Assembly: GCA_003693705.1 (NCBI GenBank)
Contig: RBZT01000375.1
Coordinates: 1-64,000, forward strand
Direction: 5' to 3'
Origin: Polymyxa betae A26-41
Taxonomy: Eukaryota > Protista > Endomyxa: Phytomyxea
Length of the DNA: 64,000 nucleotides
Shown: piece by piece, positions 13,073 to 27,074 of the stretch
Numbering within the stretch: the stretch's first letter is position 1
Layout: each line of letters begins with the position of its first letter
Notes under the pieces: model-generated
The model's database searches: none
The model's input: only the letters and a program-made list of their open reading frames with translations
What the model was told of the DNA's origin: nothing
Position numbers and translations under genes: made by a program

Positions 13073-16000
13073 TTACCTAGATAGCTGCCTGCGAGCTTGA
13101 CGCTCGGGAGGCGTTCTTGTAATTCGAACATGGTTACTGGGAGCATATCCCTGCGAAGCAATCATATCAATGAAACTGTCTAACTCCGGCACTAAACATG
13201 CTTAACCAATTTTCCATTGAAATCTACTTGCAGCCATCCATCAGGAAGCTTCTTTAATATTATCATCAGGTCCCCTTTCTGAAATGATACTTCAGATGGA
13301 TCGGCTGCTGAAAACGGATATAATCCGATAGCGTATTCCGCTGAACTATTGACTGATGTTGTCGGGCTGCTCATCTGTGAAAGAGCAATGCCAGGATCTG
13401 CGAATATATCAATATGTTGCAGAAACAAGGTTATTGACTTTACTTAAGCTTGGCTTTCGCTCGTGTTGTGAAGGGCCTGATTTCTGTAACAGTTCATCCT
13501 GCTTCTTTTGGATTTGGTTAACAGAAACCGTCGGTACATTACCAATATGAAGCTGGAAACTCACAATCAATGCTCTACACTTGAGTAGATTACAATTAAT
13601 ACCATCAGTATTTGCCCTACAAGCTGTAGTTGCATTTCATCTTCAAGTTTCGGATCAGGTTCCACAACAACTCGTCTTCATAGCATTAAACGAAAAATTA
13701 TCGAAACAAAAAACTTAGCTTACTTTCTTTGTTTCAACTTCGTCGAATAATCTAGCTGTTGTGTAAAGTTTAAAGGCAGAGGCTTAAGCAGTAGAGCAAC
13801 TTGATCGTATAAAGCGGTGACAAGTTCTGTTTTCCGTTCGCAGATATAGACATAATCGTATTCGTTTGCAACATGAATGACAATTAAGTTGTCGGCATAG
13901 GGACTCATGCTAACCTCTGACTGAAACCATTACTGCCTAGTAGTATTGAATTTGGCAACCGATAATGTACCGTTAATGCAGGACAACGGGATTTTCCTCT
14001 TCAGCTTGTTTTTCGAAGTCAGACTAAACAGGAAGTTTTCGGTCAACAACACGTGCCGGTTTTGAGTCTTATATCGCCGGTTGATCTTTAAAACCTTATC
14101 AAAAAATAGAATCCGGCTTTCGCCATGCTTTGCCAACAAAGCTTGGACAGTAACCGATGAAGCACCGCCTTCATAATCTAAGTCTTTTGGTCAGAGCCAT
14201 CAGTAAACATTGGAAAAGCGAGACCTCCAAAATAGCTGCGATTGAACGATTGCACGCGGCGAAGCTTTCTGTTTCCAAATAATCCGATAGCTCGTTCTTT
14301 CAACTCCTTATAATATTTTCGGGCCATATAAGACCGATATATCTAGTATGCATTAAGCAACTCTCAAACCAATATCTAGCACTGTGTACCTTCTGAATCA
14401 TAGTCGCAAGATCGTGGAGGCGACGTGATCGGAGTTCCTCAAGCGAGAATAGCGATAACGGCTCGCGAATGAAGACTTTCGTCTTTCCCATCAAATACTG
14501 CGAGTTTTCGTTGATGTTCATTGCTACAAAAATTTGAACACATTGTAATGAAACAATCATTGTTGGATATACACCTTGAAGAATTACTCGAGTACCTTCA
14601 TCTGGCTTGCCAGTCCAGATTGGCCAGGTCTTTGGAGTCAGCATTTTGTAACTATGTTTTCAGCGATTTAGATTCTCAGAGGAAAAGGTTCCAGCGGCGT
14701 ACCGGCTGACGAAACGGTCATATTCCAAGCGATATGCAAACCCAGCGCGACGAACGCGAACGTTCTCTAGAAGTCCTAGATATTTAATCTGATGCCTGAC
14801 CATTGCTTCATCAACATATCCAGCGCGTTTTTCATCATTTGGCTTGATACAGCGGATGTAGCGAGGTTGGCAACTGTTTAGCTTGTCTGACAGCTGGTTA
14901 ACCTGCAATTTAAACTGGGTTCCTGCCTAAAACGTTTTATGAAAAAATGAACAAAGTGAACGTGTCCATACAGTTAGTGGTCGCTTCTGATTCACATCAG
15001 CCACTTTTGGGAACATTTCTCGCATAATTTCTAGTTTGGATGCTTCGCCGAGTTCCAGTAGATCAGGCCAAACAAGATCCTACATATGCGGTAGTTAAGG
15101 ACCTCTCTAGAGACGTTGATTGCGAACCTTGTTTTTAACAATAAAGAGTTCAGCGTCGTAGGTCACCTTGCCAGCATAATGGGCAATGGTGAATACTTTT
15201 CCTAGCTATATACACTATTGAGAATATACGATGTCATCTTAATTCAAAATGCACCTGTTTAGGTATGAACAGGTGGTCATGGTTTGCAAATGCGTCGCCA
15301 AGTGAGGCTATAAAACTGGCAACATCTCCTTTGGGAATTACACAGGCCTCGTCTAGAAAGGCAAGTATACCTGATCAAATATATCACATCGGTAATCAAA
15401 ACCTTACGTTAACCCTGACCGTAGGGTTTTTTCTCAATTAAATCAACAACAATTTTGTTGTCGTAGAAATCAATGTGTTGCCAAGAGATACCTAGTTTAT
15501 CTAAGAATTCCGACCTAAGCTGCAGACGACTAGATGTACCTTCAGCATCGTACTCTTGCTGTTCTGCTTGAAGAGTTCGTGCAATGAAAACCTAATTTCG
15601 TCAACTCGGTAGTCCATAACAAGTGAAAAAGCCACCTGCTGCAATTTCTCATTGGCGTAATTGATGCATAACTACATAGCAGCTAAGTGGTATAGTCGGG
15701 GATTGCAGACGAAGCGGATCGTACTTGTTCAAAGCTGTTGTTCTTGAAGATCTCAAAGCCTAGGATTGATAAGCAACAAATTACACGACGAGCAATCTGA
15801 CTCACCATAGATATCCAAAATGCCGATTTTTGCGACGATATCAGAGTGCTTCGGGGCGATTGTCTTGTTGATTCTTTCAATGATCCACTGAAACAAGCGA
15901 TCGTATACAAGCTTGGCAAAAGCATCTCGAGTAAAATGGCCTAAATGAGTATCAGCGTCGTGTTTGGCTCTGGCAAAATACGTCACCTTGGTCGAGTTCC

Positions 16001-17357
16001 AAAGGTTTCAAAATCGATGCTTGTCGGCCAGCATTCACGGATCGGAACAACAAAGCTGATCTTGAATATAGATTAAACGAAAGCGAAGCATAGTTGTACA
16101 ATCTGACCTCAAACGCTCCTCTTCACATTCCAGCAGTTTGCTCACCTTGGATAATGCGTCGTCTGTACTGATGGTGATCGCCTCACCCTCCTTCTTATAT
16201 TCTATCTGACCGATCCACAAAATTGCACTACAAAGATGTTAGCGAAATGGCAATAGGAACATACAATTTATATAAACAACCCAAAATGAAAATTCAGTTA
16301 GTGGACCTTATGATTCGAAGGATATCGCTGACAATTTGCGGCTGAATGTCCATGGCAGCGAGACTTCCTGCGAACCAGAGCCTTGTCACTTTCAACACAG
16401 AACCGGAAAAAATTGGTACCCAACGTATTCTTGAATTCATCTCTGTCATTCATTCCTTTGATTTCGGTGCAGCCAGAATGAAGGTAATGGTAATATTCAG
16501 GAGCCTCAAGAAAATATTGCGATTTGACATTAGCATTGGCTCCTCGAGTTAATTGATAGAATATATGAAAATTTCTTTCACCTGTAGCCGAATTTTCTGA
16601 ATGGCACGCACGTAACCAGAAATCTACAAACCTTCACCTGTCTGTACCACTCGTGATTTTTCCAACAAAAAGTTAGAAACTGTTCCGCCAATAGGATCAC
16701 TTTGATAATTGAAGGATATCTGCTTGAGTCAGCAGCAGTCAAAATTAAGGTCTGCAACATACCTCCATGTATTTTCCAAACCGGGAAGAATTTGAATTTC
16801 GTCGTGTAGATGCGTTTCCGAAAGCTTCTAACACGGCCGAAGTTTGGAGAAGTTGATCTTTGATTTGTTGGATATCGCTTAAATCTGAAGAAACAGCAGC
16901 AATATACTATACAGCAAACAATCAGTTTAAATCAGCACAGCAATTTGTCAGCAACCTGCATGAATAATTTGGAAGCTTCCGTTTTTCCAGCGCCACTTTC
17001 GCCTGAAATAATGACACATTGGTTGATGTGTTGACTCCGAATTGCAGCAATGTTTTGCTCAGCTATCGCATAAATATGTGGTGGATGCTCGTAAATATAT
17101 CTACCAATTTTGATGAAACAAGTCCAAATAGTTTGATCCTATTACCTGTCACGATATTTGTTTAAATAAGCTTCCCCATATATACTGAGGGATTTGAACG
17201 GATTTACACTTAGTAAAACATTTCCTATATAAGTATAGATATCATTAGCAGCATATCGCGATGTCAAAGCATTCAGAATGCCATCTTCGTCGACATTTTG
17301 CAACAAGACCAAATCATGTACAGCCTGTTTCGAATACAAATGGACCGATGAAGCCAT
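13073..17357 (-). CDS. Class I myosin (motor, IQ, TH1, SH3)
   Basis: DLVLL...[21 protein letters not shown]...[51 protein letters not shown], a TH1-like segment, and SH3 ([17 protein letters not shown]...DGW...GYAPSNHV). Confidence 0.93.
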
Positions 17358-17916
17358 GTCGGTCTCTGATTCGCTCGGATCTGAGACCAACTGATAATCG
17401 GGCTCGATTACGTCGATTCGAGAAGAGCACGGATCTGTGACTGATGCTCGAATCCATTCGATAGCGCCCATGACATGACTGAATATCAGTTTATGTTGAC
17501 TGCACGAGGGGCACCACTGCGTTAAGTCTGCGTTAGATAACCACTCATCTGAATAACGTTAAGCATTTCTATATGTGTTCTCTAGTATGAAGTCGGTTTG
17601 TTATGTTACTGTCCCATAAATCAAGAACAGATCTCACTGTTATTTACGAATCGTTTACTTGACAGGGATATGCAACGACGATCGGCTATTTAGTGATTTC
17701 GATTGTAAAAGAAAAGCTTTTGAAGAACTAATTTATTGCGTTGAATTTTGTTCGAAATTTAAGGCATCAAAAGTGCTGCAAGTGGTTGCTATCAATGATT
17801 GTGAAACAGGACACAACCGTCCGGCAAGTTTGAAGATATTCATCAAGAGACAAACTCCATCGCCGGCTTCGTGGCCGAGCCCTTCCGTTCCGACCGACCA
17901 GAATCATAGTTTTGAA

Positions 17917-18342
17917 ATGGATCTAAAACGCCTTGCTTTAGTTTTATGTTTAGTGGCTGTCTTCATGGCCTTTCTGGTCCAAAGTCAACAAGACCAGTCT
18001 GACGAGAACCAGACTGAATCTCCAACACAAAATGGAGTCCAGCCGCAATCACAGCAGAAGTTCGGCAGCAAGCAGTCGAAGTTCAAATGCTACAAGCGAT
18101 GCATGAAAAGATGCAAGAATTACTGTTCTAAAAAATACTTGGGAAGCGGCAAAGGAGGCGGAAGAATGATAGCACAGCAAGAGGGCGACGACGACCAAAC
18201 TCAGGGAGGTGGTGATCAACAAGGAGGTGACGTTCAGGAGCAACAGCAAATGAGGGGTAAAGGAAAGGGCCAAAAATACCGTGTCTGCTATCAACGTTAC
18301 TGCCCGAAGCATTGCAAGCGACAATGTCACTACGATTCATAA
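17917..18342 (+). CDS. Small secreted Cys-rich protein (141 aa), candidate effector
   Basis: Intronless ORF with signal peptide MDLKRLALVLCLVAVFMAFLVQS. Two basic 4-Cys modules (CYKRCMKRCKNYC, CYQRYCPKHCKRQC), each preceded by an acidic Q/G-rich spacer. Confidence 0.8.
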   Translation: MDLKRLALVLCLVAVFMAFLVQSQQDQSDENQTESPTQNGVQPQSQQKFGSKQSKFKCYKRCMKRCKNYCSKKYLGSGKGGGRMIAQQEGDDDQTQGGGDQQGGDVQEQQQMRGKGKGQKYRVCYQRYCPKHCKRQCHYDS

Positions 18343-18787
18343 GCAAGGCTTCATTCTGCTGTCCGTAATAAAGTGTGAATTGTGTCGATCGTCAGTTATC
18401 AACGCCGAGCTTCCAGAAAATCCTGTTGCTGCGGAAATGTCCAATCTGATACGACCACGACATCGTCATGGTATAGAATAATCGTCCGATATTTTACGGC
18501 AGTTATCCTAGAATGCAAAGATGGTACACAATCACAAAGCCAAGGCCAAACCAGATTCGCGGCGCAAGACCACCCTCTTGCTTACCAATCAGGGTATCGG
18601 ATCGTAACAGATCTTTTGCTTCCAACGGTATTGTCAGGAACTTGAGCGATCGTTCGCTCTAAGCAAACACATACTTCTACCACTTCTGCGTGAGGATGTC
18701 TCAAATTGTGATGATTATGTTACAGGTAGATTGCGCCGGTTTGGCTGCGCTGATCATTAAGGTGTCCTGCATTATTTCGTTGCGGTC

Positions 18788-19648
18788 ATGTTGTGGTCTG
18801 CCAGGGCAGTGGCTAAGAGCCGCTGCATGTCGACTGGAATCTCGATCCAGGAGGCCGTCAAGCAGGTATTCTTCATCGTCTGATAGCATGTGTCGATACC
18901 AAATCAGTTTAGGCGAAGTTTATGAATACCTCTTGCCGCGATGAAACGATTCAGGTCGCCATGCGACTGAACGTCGATCCGAGGAAGCCAAACCAGAGTG
19001 TTCGTGGGTCGGTGTGCTTGCCGCATGGCCTTGGAAAGAAGATCTCTGTTGCAGTTTTCGCAACCGGGAAGGCAGCGCAAGACGCTCGATCGGCTGGAGC
19101 TGATTTTGTGGGCGCCGAAGACCTCGCTCAATCAATTACTGAGGGGAACGTCAATTTTGATCGATGTATCGCTACTCCGGATATGCTTGGGGTCACTTAA
19201 GCTTTCAGTTTCATTTTTCTTCATTCATCAAATGTCAAAGTAGGTCGTCGGTCGTGTTGCTCGTATTCTTGGCCCTCGTGGATTAATGCCGAACGTAAAA
19301 CTCGGAACTGTCTGCAAAGACGTTGCCAGCGCCATAAAATCAGCTAAACAAGGGCAAGTCGAGTTCCGTGCAGAAAAAATGGGCATTGTCCATGCCCCAT
19401 TAGCAAAAACCAGTTTCTCTTTAGAACACATCGAAGATAACCTTAAGTCAGCCACGATTGCAATCTGAGACTTGTGATTCATTAACTTTTTATGCAGCGA
19501 GTTGATTCGAGCAATTCAAGACGCTAAGCCATCTGGCGCCAAAGGCAATTACATTCGCGGAGCAACGTTGACTTCAAACCGAGGGCATGCTGTTCCTCTC
19601 GACGTTTCGGTCAAGCCATTCACAATGCGCAAGACAAGCAACCGTTGA
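18788..19648 (+). CDS. MRPL1: Mitochondrial (bacterial-type) ribosomal protein uL1
   Basis: Presequence-like [16 protein letters not shown], then [51 protein letters not shown] and [10 protein letters not shown]. Confidence 0.9.
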
Positions 19649-19787
19649 TAAAAATTTCTTGAATACTGGGTTTGGTTGCATAGTCAAGCTCGTTGAATGG
19701 TTTTCCAGAAGCCTGATTTCCCCAATGTTGATTTTACCTAATCTTTTGCAAAGACGTGTAATTTGTATATACTTAAACATTATGGAT

Positions 19788-22700
19788 TTACTGTTTATTA
19801 TGCTGATTTTGGTAGAATTCTGCAATTTCCGAACTCGATGTTGCATCTTCAGGTTTCTTATCCGGACGAACCTGAATAAATCGTGGAAAGCGAAGTGCAA
19901 TTCCTTTATCATCAGCAACTAGGCCGATGGCAGCTTTATGCACCGGGCTAATAGACAAATCTGCCGCTTTAATCTCCCAGACCTATAAAAAAATAATGTC
20001 AACTTCTTAGCAACAAATAAGCTATCAATGCAAACTTGGGATCCATCCAGCCACTCATCTGGCAGATCCTTTTCACCGTATCGATAGTATCTTCGAGGAC
20101 CCTGATGACTCCGACTTAGAGCAGCTGACAAGATTAGACAGTTACGAACCTCGACGATATGTTGTTTAGCCCAGTCGGTTAAAACCTGTAGCATTTCGTC
20201 GCTGAAACCCGTTCCAATTTTGCAAACGGATTGCAGATCTTCACTGTCAGCATCATAGACAGCAAGCAAGTAGCCGCCGAATGTTCCCGTTCGCCTTCCC
20301 TTTCCATAGTACGCTCCTGAGTAAGGTATTTTTAAATAATCCAGTTACAGCAACTGAAACTGACCAATAGGAATTAGGTCAAACGAATCGGTCAATCCTT
20401 GCATATAATCTTTCTTGAGTTTCCTCCACGCATGGCTACGTTTATCAGGCTCATACAGTGCCAACTGGCCGTCATTAAGACACTTGACCTATTAACGAAC
20501 AGTTAAAATATTTCCAGGATGGACGAAGCAGCTGACCATTAAACCTTCACAGTTCTGCGCAATGGATTCGTCAAGGAATTGAGTGATCTCCATTTCGTCG
20601 GTCCTGGACAATGTCAGACTTTCAGAACAATAGAATTAGAATATCAAACGTTTCTTTGGAAATGGTGAATCGAAAATGGTCTTCGATTTCATTAAATGAA
20701 GAATGCAGCAAGCGCCTTCGTTCTCTCAAAGGAACTGAGAGGAGCGACTAATAGAGCATCAATACTTTTTATGGTTTGAGGGCAAGTTGCATACCTTTCC
20801 ATTCAGAAATATCAAATCAAAGGCAAAAATACATATATCAACAGCAATATCTTCGGTTTTCACATCTTTTCTCTTTCGAGTGGATAGAACCTGAAATGGG
20901 CGAATGCAATGTGTAGTTCGATCGAATGCAACAGCCTCTGCATCGATAATACAGGATTGCACCAAGCCTGGTTTGAATGTCTATAAAATTTCTGTAAGAT
21001 AAGAAATACAATATGAGAATGATTGCCTTTGAAATCATGCCAACAATGTCGGGAAATTTAGCTGTTGTTGTCTCTGCATTGCGGCTAAAAACGTGGGCAT
21101 TGCCGTCCTCAAGAACGTGGATCTAGATGTTTCTTAGCGTTGGATTGAACGACATCAGTTTCAGCTTTTTGTTGAGTAAAGATTAAATGAAAACAAAAAT
21201 CCAACCTGCACCCGTTCACCGTCGTATTTATATTCCAATACGATATCATGACTGTCGAAAGTTTCCAGTACCTATAAATTTCAATTTGAGAAAGAAAACA
21301 GTGAACAAAGCAAACAGCTAGTACTTGAGTGACAGATTTAGCAGGCGCTGCAAGCATGCATTTGATGGGAATGCCGGGCGTTAAGAAGCAATGCTGATTA
21401 AGTTCACTGATTGGATACTCAAGCAGCGTGGGAATGATTTTAGACAAGTTTGGACACTCCACCCAAGCTCTTTTCAGAGCTGCAGTAGCAGCCTCAATCT
21501 CTCTGGAAAGATGAAATCTGAGCGCAATGAAGGAATACAAAAGCAGAGAGACTAACTGCAAAAGTTCAAATTCTTTGAGAACTAAAGAAAGGTCGAATCG
21601 CTTATCCGGCAACTCATTTATTTTCTTACGCTCTTCTTCTGAATGTACAGCCAATTAAATTCGAGAACGGCCGGATGATATTAAAACACTTACCTGATAG
21701 AGGAGGGGTTAGCACGACAGCTCTAGCAAGCGACGGCAGGATTGTTCGAATCGAGCAACCGATTCTTGTAAGCGATGAAAATGAGCAGCAGAAGGAGATG
21801 ACAAGACCAACCGTAAATTTCCTTGAAACGACCGGACAATGTATCGAGCTTCGCATTCCCGGCTTGCCACCAACAAATTTTTGATTAAACCGATTTTCCT
21901 GTCCGCTTTGTTGTCCAAAGCAATCTTACGGAACTGGTTAAAAACTTTAGCAACTGACGAGATAAGTTAGCCTCGAGAAGCCCAGATTGAGTAGTGCCTA
22001 TACCAGTTAGCGGTGGCGGTGGAAAAATAGTCGTCTGCGAGGTACGGCTTTTTTCAGCGATCTCTCCTAAATCGCCGACGTCTTTCAGTTCCGCTGAGAG
22101 CTTTTTCACATTCCGACCGGTACTTCGACGTTGTTAGGAACGACACAAAGTCGTAAAGTAATCACAAACCTTTGTGCCAAAACTTTGATTAGTAACCCAT
22201 CTCCAACACCAATTTCCAGTCCTTCATAATCTGAGCCAAGCTACAAAATCAGGCACGAAAGCCAAAAACAAACCCCAGTACCTTGTTGATACAAAGATAA
22301 ATCACTGATAGTAAAGCCTCGGGATTCTTAACGATCACTGATCGGAAGAAATTAGTGATTCGGTTAATGTTAGGGATTCGCCGAGATTCGCCTTCCACAT
22401 CATGAAACAATCTTGACATGTAAAGATATGGCATGCTATATGAATCAGTAACCGTTAGCGACCGTATATATTTGAGTGGAAACCCACAAACTCTGGACCG
22501 ACAGGCCATTCGCTGTCGCGAAGAGGATTATATTTAGGACTTAGGCAGACTTCAGTTGCATTCAACAAGCAATAAAGAGAGTAAAGTACAATTCATCTTT
22601 GCCAGGCGCATGTTTGACTTTGGCCCGGATATCAGCTGTTGCAAGTGTCCTGAACACAACTCAATAAACAAGAGTTTTTGGGCTCCAACTTTTTTAACTG

Positions 22701-23495
22701 TCTTACTCTAATTCGTCCTCAGTATGCATCTCGTCTTGCTCATCAACCAATCTTTCATCGTCAGACGGTATTGTTGCAGATGCGTCAGATCCGCTTTCAG
22801 CAGCAATTTTCACTCTTGGAGGTCTGGAATCGTCCTAGAGCACGGTTTCACTATGAGATTGTCACAAGCCGACACTTCATACGTTCGCATTGTCTCTATC
22901 AGGTTCTAATGGAGCATTCTGATCTGGCTGATTGTCTTCGTCGGATTCTACAATTTTCCGAAGACTGAACGACTTTGAATAACCGTTAGGGTCGTTGATG
23001 GAAGCAGCATTACCGCTTCGACGGCACCTTGTTCTCTTTAGCGCTGAAACAGAAAGTTGAGAAGTAAAATTTCAGCAAAAATGACATACCCAGAATGCAC
23101 TTCGACCTAAACGATATTAGTAAAATTAAAAAAAAATAGGAAGGCAGACATACCGAGCCAGAGCTTACTGTTGTGTCCACAGGTTGCTTGCTGGCTGTTT
23201 TGCCTTCAGGTAATTTCATGTCTTTCTCTGAAGTCTTTTGCACAGTTTGCTTTGCAGAGCGTTTCGCTGGACTTTTCTTAATATCGACGAGATCCGCTTT
23301 GCGTTTGCTAAGTAAAGATCATCAGAGAATCAGTGAACCAGGATAAATTGTAATGAACCTGGACGGCGGAACTTCAGCTTTTTGGGCGCCGTCATCCTTC
23401 GACTCGCCTGCTTTCTTGAAGAACGATCTATTGGTGACCGTTATTGCTGCCAATTATCCGGATTTCAATCAGTACCCAATGGAGGTCTGCTTCAT
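19788..23495 (-). CDS. LIG1: DNA ligase I
   Basis: N-terminal PIP box MKQTSIGSFF, active site [41 protein letters not shown] and IALRFPRFI. Confidence 0.95.
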
Positions 23496-24307
23496 ACCCT
23501 CTCCAGGATTGAACTGACTCGCTTTGAATCAGTTTCAAAATTGATTACGATGTGAATCTGGAGACAGAGAGATGCACGCACCTGTTCACCCGCAACAATT
23601 TCCTTCTCCAGCTTCACTTGAACTACCCGCTTCAATCCCATCATATTAGGTGGGTTCAGGTATATTCACATTATTCGGCAAAACGTAGCATCTTCGTAGT
23701 TGATAACAGGTGCAAGAGTTGCTCGGCCTCAGATTTAGATGCTGAACCAGAAATGGGTCTCAGTTTTGGTGGTAAATTAGGTGGAGTTGTTTATGAATAT
23801 AATAAACCACAAATCTGTCCTTAGATGCATGCTTAGATTATCAAATCTGCAATGTGATGTGATCAAGATTGTAGATATGAAGAACAGAAACGCACGGCCT
23901 CAGGAACTGCAGTTATTACTGATACGATTGTTGTGAAACACGGAAACTGTGAAGCCTTGATAAAACATTGCAGCATCTGTCTTTTAAAGGTAATAATCAA
24001 AACCAGTAAGCTAATCATACCCCACAGAAAGTGAAGACCCAGAACCATTTAAATCTTTCTGAAAAAAAAATAGCACAAAGAGACAGCAATCATGGATGTC
24101 GAATGACCCCAATATGACTCGTTTTTTGAAATCACTAGCCATAAATTGAGAATATCAGCAAACATGGCGCAAATACAGCCTCGCTCATGATTTATAGGGA
24201 CGCCTCAGCAACCGGATTACAGTCGAAACTGGTTAGCGGCTATCTGGCGACCCATTCATTACGATCATTTGGGATGTACTCGATTGTGGTCGACCTGTAG
24301 ACCCAAC

Positions 24308-24343
24308 AGAGGGGAGAGAGAGAGACAGACAAAGAGACAAAGA
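24308..24343. repeat. GA-rich microsatellite-like tract upstream of ArfGAP
   Basis: Sequence reads agaggggagagagagagacagacaaagagacaaaga. Confidence 0.5.
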
Positions 24344-24506
24344 GTGACGACGTTAACGGGGCGGTCACTTTTCATAGCTGCGCCAATATTAGCTATAATA
24401 TCCGATTGCGCTTCTACCAGCTTTTAACTGCCGCCGACATCTTGTCGTCGTCAGCCCAGCGCTGCCCTGGCTCCGCCGTCTCGTCGGCTGACCCTCCAGG
24501 TTCTCT

Positions 24507-25614
24507 ATGTCTTCCTCGTCGAATTACAAGGAGAGATTGCATAGGATCCAATCCGACCCTGCAAACAAGGCGAGCGGTTCAATTGGCCTTACAATTATTG
24601 TCTAAACTAACCTTGCTTAGACCTGTATCGACTGTAATTGCCCCAATCCTCAATGGGCGTCGGTCTCACATGGGACGTTCATCTGCATTGATTGCTCTGG
24701 CGTGCATCGATCGCTGGGTGTCCATATCTCGTTTGTTAGATCGGTGACTATGGATTCCTGGAGCGACAAGCAAATTGCCATGCTGGTCCATGGCGGTAAT
24801 GCACGAATGAGGCAGTTTTTTACCGACCAAGCGTTCCCAGCTGGCCTGTCGCATGCGGTAATTGCATGGCTCGCCTTTTATGCAAATATGTGTTGAAACT
24901 CAATAGGAGAAATATGGGTGCAGTGCAACTAGTGCTTATAGAGACCGATTAAAGCTTTTAGCTGAAGATAAACCGGCTCCAGAAATTCCTTTCATCGGTT
25001 ATATCGCGCCGCCAAGAGCTTCATCGTTCTCAGCAGCGCAATCAAGCTCTGGATTCGGAAGCCAACCTACATACCGGTCATCGGCGCCGGCTGTACCGGC
25101 CAATAATGATATTTGGGGATCAGTTTCGAGCGTATTCGGCGCCATTGCTAGTACCTCTCGCGTCGTGGTGGAGAAATCTCAGCCCGTTTTGCAGGATGCT
25201 GGAAAGCAGGGTTGGGCAGCCATGACATCGCTTTATGCTAAAGCACAAGAAATGACGACTGGTGCCATTTCGAATCCGTCACCGCCGAATGATGCCAGGT
25301 TCCCGCGAGAGACTGGTCTACCGCAATCGTCGATGCCGAGTTTGTCGTCGGATGCTTATTTCTCTTCGTCATCGAGATCGAATATACCTTATAAGGGTTT
25401 GTCATCCGACGACTTTTTCACCCAAGAATCGTTGCGAACCTCACAACCGTCAACGCAACGTGATTCTGTTCCAGCTCAGCAACCGAATGTTGCTGCAATC
25501 CAAGAACAGCGATCACGACCACTGTCATCCTCCAGAACAGGATCTCAGGTTGATGGGAATAGCCATGTTGAGGAACTGAAAGACGACTCGTTTGACGATT
25601 GGGGTTGGGGTTGA
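24507..25614 (+). CDS. ADP-ribosylation factor GTPase-activating protein (ArfGAP1/Gcs1-like)
   Basis: NK|[47 protein letters not shown] zinc finger. First intron is GC-AG (24570-24620). Amphipathic W/S-rich segments and a C-terminal DDWGWG. Confidence 0.92.
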
Positions 25615-25707
25615 TATGTTTATAAAGTCACTGTCTGTAAAACTCATTTGTAGCCAGTTTCATGCATAATTCAGTTTATAGATTACTACTATATGGAACT
25701 TATAATG

Positions 25708-26570
25708 TTAGTGATGCCATTGATCGTTCGTAGAAACTTTAACGTTATCCCCTCTAAGAATCTTATAAACGATAATGAAGATGATTAAGATTAGAATAGA
25801 GAGGGCCATGCACCAAATATACTTATCTGTTGCTGTCCTCCTCAACATTCTTTTCACAATGAATGTCGCTCTGGTCAGCGTATCATCGATTTCGTAGGCT
25901 TGGTCATGAATGCGGTTCAGCTGCTCGGTTTGTGCTTTAAGTTTCGCGGCTGTTTCTATACCAACCTACAGATGTATTTTTTAGAAAACACTCAAGACAT
26001 AGCGATGAAGCAAGGAGAACACGAAACAGCAAAATTGAACCGACTTCTTGCGTTTCGTTCAGAATCCGAATAGCGGTCTCTGCTGATTCGTTCGTCTCAT
26101 TCATGAGCTTATTTCCATAATCCATGAGATTCGCTTCGGTCATCTGTGATGGATCTATGGGCTTGTCAGCTGGTTGAACGCCTTCACTAGTTCGAGCCCA
26201 TTCCATATCTCTAACATGGCAATGTTTTGGTGAAAGCAATCGCAGAGTACGTCGTTGTAATCCACCTGGTGATGTCCTTCAAGGCGGTAAGCTCCCCTTT
26301 CAATCTTCCTTTCCAAATATTACGAGCATCGGGGTCTAAAACTCGAACCTCCATCTCTACCATTTTCATGTCTCGTCTCGCACGCGATACCTTATCCTCC
26401 AGATCATTTAGCATCTGTAGCACGATAATCAGTAAACGATACTTCCTGGAGCTAATCCCAACCTTGGTTTTCTCAGCAGGTTTCTTGATTGTGCTGACTT
26501 TGTCCAGCTCAGTCCGTATTTCTGCAAGGCTGTCTTGCAGCTCTTTATGACGCATGTTGAGCTCCGTCAT
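25708..26570 (-). CDS. Qb-SNARE, NPSN/VTI1-like
   Basis: Habc-like helices, SNARE motif (LMDYGNKLMNETNES...QEVG) and RRTATDKYIW followed by a C-terminal TM helix. Confidence 0.82.
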
Positions 26571-26954
26571 GATTGATTATTGGATTTAGCAGCAGCAGCG
26601 GCTTAAACCAGCATCGATCGTGTGTGAATGTCTGCTGATCACTGCCTGGGAATACAGATCTGCTTGGGTACCCTTGCCAGCAACCAGGTCATCATCATCC
26701 ATTTTCCAGAACAATTTCCTAATCCTGTATCCATGAAAAGGCTGAGCTTTGGGGATATGGAGAGATGTCATGTTTGGGAAGTGCTCCAGATAGTCTCCTA
26801 TCGATTACAGTCCTGATTTCCGCAAACTGTGCGGATCGTCCTTCTCTTGCAAAACATACCTCTCTGATTTTGTGTCGGAAGGTGGTGCTGATGTTGGGGT
26901 TGTACGCCGTCACTCGTGGATCGGTGTCGATTATTTTCAAACATTACGACATAA

Positions 26955-27072
26955 TCGAATCGATAGTGTGGAAGATCTAAGACGTATACGTGCTTCAATA
27001 TCGAATATTTTAGTCGAATCGATAGTGTGGAAGATCTAAGACGTATACGTGCTTCAATATCGAATATTTTAG
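26955..27072. repeat. Perfect 59-bp tandem duplication
   Basis: tcgaatcgatagtgtggaagatctaagacgtatacgtgcttcaatatcgaatattttag occurs at 26955-27013 and 27014-27072. Confidence 0.9.
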
Positions 27073-27074
27073 TA

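Noticed and set aside
17659-17916. 86-aa N-terminal extension of the Cys-rich protein
   Set aside because: It begins at TTG; the ATG at 17917 directly precedes the signal peptide.
18425-18775. Small spliced gene on the minus strand between the Cys-rich gene and MRPL1
   Set aside because: One plausible intron exists, but I could not join an in-frame start and no homology was recognisable.
26955-27072. CRISPR-like or other prokaryotic features
   Set aside because: Only two adjacent copies with no spacers, and the window is clearly eukaryotic.
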